Shown: positions 58,401-64,000 of the stretch, piece by piece
Layout of the letters: every line of letters starts with the position of its first letter
Numbering within the stretch: position 1 is the stretch's first letter
Assembly (NCBI GenBank): GCA_964199315.1
Contig: OZ116706.1
Location: forward strand, 30,752,001-30,816,000
From: Orbicella franksi
Taxonomy: Eukaryota
Reading direction: 5' to 3'
Length of the DNA stretch: 64,000 nucleotides
The notes under the pieces: model-generated
Told to the model about the DNA's origin: nothing
Database searches by the model: none
What the model saw: only the letters and a program-made list of their open reading frames with translations
Translations under genes and position numbers: made by a program

Positions 58401-60637
58401 TCGCTCAATAAGGCGTTCAAGGTAAGTGAAAGATTCTTCCGTATCCTCCAGTGTGATGTTATAATTGATCACCAATGAAACTCTTAACATTCATTCGATT
58501 GATGGCACACTGAAATATGCACTACTTTGTCGTGTCTGAAAGTAGCTTTAATTAATGTGTACCGCCAGGAAAAAAAATAATGCGTGCCGCTCTCTGCGGC
58601 TTGTTGGTTAAAACTTTATGTTTAATTACTTAAATCCTGAAGATATTTTGTCTCCAACAAACTAAATACACGCCAACGTTTTTTTCTCGATGACGTGGTG
58701 TCGTTAATTAAGTGACATTCGTTTGTGATGATATTTCACCCTGTCCCTTCCCAATCTGTCTTTCTCGTGAATTTAATCATTTGAAAAACGCGCAAGTCTT
58801 GAACATTTTATACGAGCGATAGTTCACAATGTCAAAGCATACACAGCGATAACACAGTAAGAGAGCTTTGCTTGCGCCCAAAGTCCATTGCGTGCGACTA
58901 CCGTTAGGAAATTTTGGAAACGCCGACGACATTTTCTCATGAATTCCCGATAATTTAATCTAAACGGCTTTTAATCCTCAAGAAAGGTTTACGCATGTTA
59001 AATAATTCAAATAAGCTGGCAAGAAAGAATTAAGCTGGAATGGAGGATTACGATAAAGAAAAAACCGTTTAATCTTACTACTGTAGCAGGTGCAGCACTT
59101 TAACACAACAAAACAAAACGGAACATTTCTAGCAACTTATTACCTGATACACACGAATCATATCAGAAATGTACGGGCTCTCCTCGAATATCTATACGAC
59201 TTAGGGGGATCTCACGGGGACCCCATAGCCGTAGGCAAGATTGTCATACAATTCAAGATGTCTTAACCCTGACCTCAATCTCTCTTCCCTGGAATAGCTA
59301 TACGACTTAGGGGGATCTCACGGGGACCCCATAGCCGTAGGCAAGATTGTCATACAATTCAAGATGTCTTAACCCTGACCTCAATCTCTCTTCCCTGGAA
59401 TAGCTATACGACTTAGGGGGATTTCACGGGGGTCCCATAGCCGCAGGTGCGGTTTTGATACAATTAAAGGTTCCTTAACCTTGACCTCAAACTCTCTTCT
59501 ACTTGGGGTTGATTATATCTTCCCTGTCACTTAACGAGTCCCGCGTCCTGGAGTCCCCTTGTCCCAAAGTTCCCATACGATGTAAAACTGAGATCGGTTT
59601 TTGAATCTTGGAGTTAATTAAAGGCAGGTAAAATATCCCCGGGCAAAATAAGGATCAGCCGAAAGGCGACTTCAACCAACTCTGTCGAGGATCAAAGATA
59701 ACAATCAATGAAATATGCTTTTTGATGTACTCTTACAAAACCGTTTAGCACATCAATAATGTATGGTATACAAGTAAAACGAATGATGACCACAAGCTCT
59801 TACAGAGCGTGGCGGCGACTTTGTACGAATTAACACATGTTAAGTACAGGGAGAAACGCAATTTAACATACCAAGCAAGTGGAAAGCGGCAGCAAAGCAC
59901 GAGAAAATTTCAAGTGGAAAAAAAGTCGAGATTTCACAGTTATTTATGTACAGATGTATAGACTTGAATCGTTAGTTTTTCAGTGATGTATTTATAATTG
60001 ATGAGTACACAGCTTGCGAAGAGCTCCTTGACGAAAAACACGCATTTACGCTCGCAAAAAAAGATGATATAAACACCAATTAACACGCCAGGGGTAACAA
60101 AAAGGTCACAAAAAGAATTCGCTGCTTTAGAAACAACAAGTAGTTAAAAGTATTCCAGTCATTAGCGGAATGGATAAGGCGCACAGGTAAGGCAAGCTGA
60201 AGATAACGAGAGAGAGTTTGAAACCAAGATAAGCAGAGTGCCGAGCAAACACAGGATGGCGAAAACTACCAGTTAATTCTCGAGTCAATTTCACTGTTGT
60301 GCTAATGGAGGGCTGTTTCAACGCTGATCATTAACACTTGAAAAGGATTTCTCCTACCTCCAGCTGGCCCTTTCATCTTCAACGGAGGAGTTGCCATCGA
60401 TTCCGACCATTCTACAATATCATCGTCGCTACCACCCGCTAGCAAGCAAGACAGCGTCGAGGTTCTTTGGCCCTAGGAAGGTACAAAAACAAAACAACAG
60501 CACTCCACAGTCTACATCTACCATCTCATCCGTCGCTCGCCTGAGTTCCACGTTAACATAACAAAGCCAACGAGCAGGCCATTTTAGAGAAAATTGAGAA
60601 TCTTACTGCTCGCAAGATAGGAGTTGACGGCGTGCGA
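31203..60637 (-). CDS. BRCA2: Breast cancer type 2 susceptibility protein ortholog (at least 28 exons, at least about 2750 aa; 5' end unresolved)
   Basis: Phase-consistent exons: 60607-60637, 60358-60472 ([12 protein letters not shown], like human MSWSSSLATPP), 56992-57071, 55705-56455, 42969-47150 (BRC repeats), 42789-42838, 42572-42653, 42135-42216, 40823-41141, 40490-40612, 40140-40327, 39661-39789 ([20 protein letters not shown]), 39130-39201 ([11 protein letters not shown]), 38893-39058, 38359-38523 (EVTDGWY), 37838-38017 (ANSTRRARW), 37526-37679 (tower), 36773-36894, 36263-36385, 35646-35724, 34544-34643, 34135-34162, 33857-33937, 33379-33488, 32785-32860, 32482-32664, 32110-32292, 31203-31511 (TR2). 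Confidence 0.93.
34290..34476. repeat. Near-perfect 187-bp palindrome within a TSD-flanked insertion
   Basis: Arms atgaaagtgaagaatgatcatcgcag...tcagggcttcaacgg / ccgttgaagccctga...gatcattcttcactttcat centred on GGATCC; 15-bp direct repeat AAACAAACAAAATGA at 34279-93 and 34521-35. Confidence 0.9.
34721..35274. mobile_element. Fold-back MITE with about 245-bp inverted arms, TTAA-flanked (Kolobok-like AG..CT termini)
   Basis: TTAA at 34717-20 and 35275-78; arms complementary over their length around a spacer of about 60 bp. Confidence 0.8.
37065..37380. mobile_element. Dispersed repeat (MITE-like), copy 2
   Basis: Same family as 28676-28965. Confidence 0.7.
42969..47150 (-). CDS. BRCA2: BRCA2 giant BRC-repeat exon (4182 nt)
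   Basis: Acceptor ttcttgcag|G at 47150 and donor G|gtaact at 42969, both phase 1; 13 full FxxAxG repeats plus one truncated. Confidence 0.93.
43633..44406 (-). repeat. Tandem array of six BRC repeats (138/138/138/135/135-nt spacing)
   Basis: F(S/T)GFQTA(S/G)[23 protein letters not shown] units starting at 44406, 44268, 44130, 43992, 43857 and 43722. Confidence 0.95.
47643..47942 (+). pseudogene. Truncated fragment of the A-type GPI-protein gene inside a BRCA2 intron
   Basis: In frame [99 protein letters not shown]; in-frame TAA at 47628 and no start Met; truncated by a ccgaag-rich repeat. Confidence 0.85.
47945..48240. repeat. ttccgaaga-rich interspersed repeat
   Basis: Multiple short ttccgaaga/tttccgacc units. 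Confidence 0.55.
48677..54833 (+). CDS. Secreted S1A (chymotrypsin/elastase-like) serine protease zymogen with an acidic micro-exon-encoded pro-region (403 aa, 11 exons), nested antisense in a BRCA2 intron
   Basis: Exons 48677-48773 (signal [23 protein letters not shown]), eight 42-nt exons, 53318-53740 (PTCG...GSR|VIGG, TAAHC, NDIALL) and 54478-54833 ([14 protein letters not shown]). All junctions are phase 1; total 1212 nt. The join of exon 1 to the rest is inferred from phase. Confidence 0.88.
49984..50397. mobile_element. PIF/Harbinger-like MITE
   Basis: TIRs ggccccgttcacacgtatccggatatt / aatatccggacacgtgtggacagggcc; TAA on both flanks. Confidence 0.8.
51258..52449 (+). repeat. Tandem array of eight intron-exon units, each with a 42-nt phase 1-1 micro-exon
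   Basis: Exons 51258-51299, 51400-51441, 51539-51580, 51674-51715, 51980-52021, 52114-52155, 52262-52303 and 52408-52449; each has a polypyrimidine tract, AG and a GT donor, and none has a stop. Confidence 0.9.
51744..51915. mobile_element. Palindromic MITE in intron 4 of the micro-exon array
   Basis: gttcatgctt..gcgt..tcgagttatggatgca / tgcatccataactcga..acgc..aagcatgaac. Confidence 0.75.
52764..52952. mobile_element. Palindromic MITE, same family as 51744-51915
   Basis: aacaaatggtaaacgcc...gagttatggatgcac / gtgcatccataactc...ggcgtttaccatttgtt. Confidence 0.8.
56712..56840. repeat. About 11-bp tcgaccga-type minisatellite
   Basis: Repeated (t/a)cgaccgac/tcgactga units. Confidence 0.75.
57260..57500 (+). 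mobile_element. CR1-like LINE 3' end relic
   Basis: Degenerate KFS.FPRTI.E.NSLP..IV....DSFK-like segment. Confidence 0.5.
59192..59500. repeat. 106-bp tandem repeat (two identical units plus one diverged)
   Basis: Units start at 59192, 59298 and 59404 (ctatacgacttagggggatctcacggggaccccatagccg...). Confidence 0.9.
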
Positions 60638-63092
60638 CTGGTTGAAACGAGGTACAAGATTTCATTTATTGTCACTTGCCACTGTGTGTAAGGTGAGTTT
60701 GCCGCGTAAATAGCACACATTCTCAGTGCAGTATTTAAGTTACCAACAGGAAAGGTCAGAAAACTAAACTGTTCAGCTTTATTAAAGAAACCCCCTGGTG
60801 ATATCGAGCTACGTGTACTCCTAAAAAAATATATAGCGCTTTAATGAAAATCTTATCCATAAGTGAATTTGGCAAAAGGTTACTGTTTCTACAAGATGTT
60901 AGCGTATTCCACTTGATGTTTTAAATAAAATGCAGTCGCCTTAACGCCTAATAAACATTTTTGAAAATAAAGTCAAAGTCAAATTGAAGTAAAGTTAAAG
61001 TTACAAATCTACAGATTTGTATTCTGTGAAATTCAGGTCTGATTCCACTTTAGTTCAAAGCTTTACGAATGCCAATAGATCTTCGCGGCAAGGTTGAATT
61101 TACGAGATTTGTTCTGTCTACGAAAACTCTCTTACAGAACAGGTTCATCACGAAGGCAGATGTTGAAAACCAAGGAAGTCAAACAGTAAAACGATTAATT
61201 GCTGTATATACAAGCGTTTACAGAATATTTTTAAAAAGGTGTGAATTCGCTCAAGACGTTAGTAACTAATATGAGTATTTTTCAAATGAATTACTCAAAT
61301 AATTATTACAATATTCAAAACAATTAAGAGTGGGACAGAAGTTTTTTCGATATGATAATTTTAGCTTTGCTTTTTCACATCAGCTTTGTGGAATCTCTGT
61401 GGTACATGTGCGGAACTCGAAAATATAAACAATAACATTCTTGTTCACTGTGAATAACGTTTTTAGACGAAACAATCGAAGTACAGGCCTATGTATAACT
61501 GTATGCTATTAGGACTGAAAGGCTTCCTCGATAAACGTTTGCATATCAATTGAGAAAGCCGCTACAATTTTTTTCAATAAATGGGAGAAAATTATTCCAT
61601 TACGTATTACTTGAAACCACGAGAAAATATACAATAAAATCTGGTACTAGCAGCTCACGTTTATTTTTATATATATATAATCGTGCTAATATAACTTGAC
61701 CGTGGATACAACAATTATGACAGATAAGCTGAAAGTTCTCACATAAATTGCATCCTACATGTACGTCTTGTTTTACACTTGCATTTGTTAATTCTGCTAA
61801 TCGCCACGTATTTCAGCGGAAAATAAAAGCTTAAATCTCTATCACTGAGCCATAAAGTGTGCTTAGCCTAAAAGAGATCCTTCAATAATGGCTGGATTTG
61901 ATAAAAGCTAGAATCATTAACGAGCTGAGAGCAAGGATGGACTAGACCAACCAAAAACTCAAAACTGTTTCATGTTTTACTCCAACGACCTGACACTTCT
62001 TTGGCAAAAACTCTTGAGAATTGTTTTTCCAGTATGAGTCTTTTAGCAGACAACCATTGATAATTATTAGAGCCCAGAACTTGAGATTCTTTAAAAAGGC
62101 TCAACTTACTGGTCACAATTTTGTCATGACATCTGAACTAATTGCCTTATACTCATACTGCTTCTAAATTACAAAAATGTCCAAGCTTGTACACGGGCAC
62201 AGCTTTTAAAATTTTTCGTTAATTGTTCCTTGTTGTTCAAATCTTTTCATCACTTGTGTTTGTTCATGATCTTCTTTGCTAAAATACTTATCAATATCTC
62301 ATAGGATCCTCTGAAGGGAGGGAGTGGGTCATTTTTTTGAGCGGGTGCAGAGTATGGAGGTTGGTGTAAGTGGGTTAGGGTTTAGACTCACTGGCAGTCA
62401 AACTGCATATTAATTTTCTCTTGGTACAGTATACATAACGCACTCATTGCTGTTAAGTTTCTCTCAAAATTTTGTTCATGGAATTTTGCCACTGGACATG
62501 TATAAGTACTCACTTTCATTCAGTTCCTGAAGGAGTTTGGAGTGGGGGTGAAACACTCCCAAATTTTGATAGGTGCTCCAAACCACCTCTTGCTTCCTTT
62601 TAAAATGTTCTTGAAAGAAAACATTAAGCACTTAATGACTGGCCCCAAGGGAAACTGAGATTTTTTATGTCCCCAAAACCCTCAATGTTCCCCAAGGGGA
62701 AACTTTTTTTTTAGTTGGAGGGTATAGCGAAAAACTTAATGGAAAAATTCCTGTGGGCCAGTCATTATGTGTTTTGTTATACCTCCCAACTCAAAAATAG
62801 AACAAACTGAGAAAAAATTATTTGCTTGACACTGGCTGGCACACAAACTTGCCATGATTTCAAGGTGCGTGTCAAAAGTTCAAGTTGTTGTCTCCCTTAG
62901 AAAATAGTGAGTTTTGTTTGCTCTAGGGAGTTATTGAGTTGACATGTGTCACATTCTCCTCCAATCGGAAAAAGTAATATTTGAATTGGGAGGTATAACA
63001 AAGATTGCTGTTCAATGATTTTTTTTTTTTTTTTGCACTTCACATATACATGTACACCATGCAATTTCAAAAAGTCAGGTCTTGAGTCTTAC

Positions 63093-63262
63093 CATGATTT
63101 CTGCTAAAATATCTGGTGTTGTTTTTCCTCTTATGAACCAGTCACTTCCACTTCTGTACATGGAGGGAGCCATTGGAGTGGCAAGAACCTGAGTAGAGCT
63201 TGGGCTTGCTTCAGCTGCCTTGTATGAAGTGTCTCCATGACAGGTAGGCTGCGACTCTAAGC
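63093..63262 (-). CDS. Candidate upstream BRCA2 exon
   Basis: Open frame (STQVLATPMAP, resembling human NQLASTP) with a strong donor ATG|gtaag. The acceptor is weak and the linking exon(s) to 60637 were not resolved. Confidence 0.4.
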
Positions 63263-64000
63263 CTTCACACAGACAACAAATCAAATTTATTGTCAGTTAA
63301 GTGAGGATGGTGATGAACCCTGCCGAATTCTAAGGTGGCTAATGACAGTTGACAACATTATTATGTCATTTAGTATTTCAGGGATATACATGTAGCTAAA
63401 AAAAATGAGCTGCCAGACTCAATCTCATTGACGAGCCCAGCTGACATTAAATCTTTTGCACATTACATGTAAAAGTTACATGTACCCTAAGTCTTTGTCT
63501 TCTAATGAGATTTCAGCCACCGAAAAGCTCTCTTAAACTTTCAGTGAGTGGAATTAGCCAGCAGGAGCTAGAAGCTACATGTAAATGCACATCCCTATTA
63601 CATTTTAAAATATATATATATTTTTTTTTAACAACAGGACCTACATTGATAACAGACACATACAAAATAGCTCATATATAGCGGCTAGCCCATATTAATC
63701 AATATATTTTCAATTATTATTGTTAAAACCCCTTGCTGTTAACATTACACTGCAGGTCACAGAGCAGTTCAAAAACCCTTACCCTATCAGGCTGGGTACA
63801 TGGCCTTCAAGATTTATTTGACCCATACATATAGATTACATCACAATAAATTATACATGTATATACATTGTACAGTCAGACTTTTTCTGTAATCCAGTCT
63901 GTTGATTTTCTTTTCTAAATTTTTGATGGCTTTGTCCACCTTCATCATTGATTATTAAAATCAATGGTAAGTAAGCATGGGGGAGCAGTTTCCTCTTGTT

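Overview
Eukaryotic, AT-rich, intron-containing DNA with GT-AG splice sites and many SINE/MITE/LINE relics. The gene and repeat style suggests a cnidarian, probably a stony coral (inference, not verified). Most ORF-track entries are noise or single exons, so I rebuilt spliced genes by hand from splice sites and reading-frame phase. Contents in order: (1) a small secreted peptide precursor (830-1108, -); (2) three intronless paralogs encoding secreted, probably GPI-anchored proteins (8556-9287, 17098-17829, 19971-20741, all -), with a ~6.8 kb transposon nest between the first two; (3) intronless ALG11 (+); (4) a 7-exon ankyrin-repeat gene (-); (5) BRCA2 (-, at least 28 phase-consistent exons from 60637 to 31203, 5' end unresolved), with one 4182-nt exon carrying about 13-14 BRC repeats, six of them a recent tandem array; (6) nested antisense in the 8.55 kb BRCA2 intron before that exon, a secreted S1 serine protease whose pro-region is built from eight 42-nt symmetric micro-exons, each encoding an acidic 14-aa repeat usually with a D-Y motif. 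The micro-exon array and the BRC expansion are the strongest candidates for something undescribed. All alignments and counts were done by eye.
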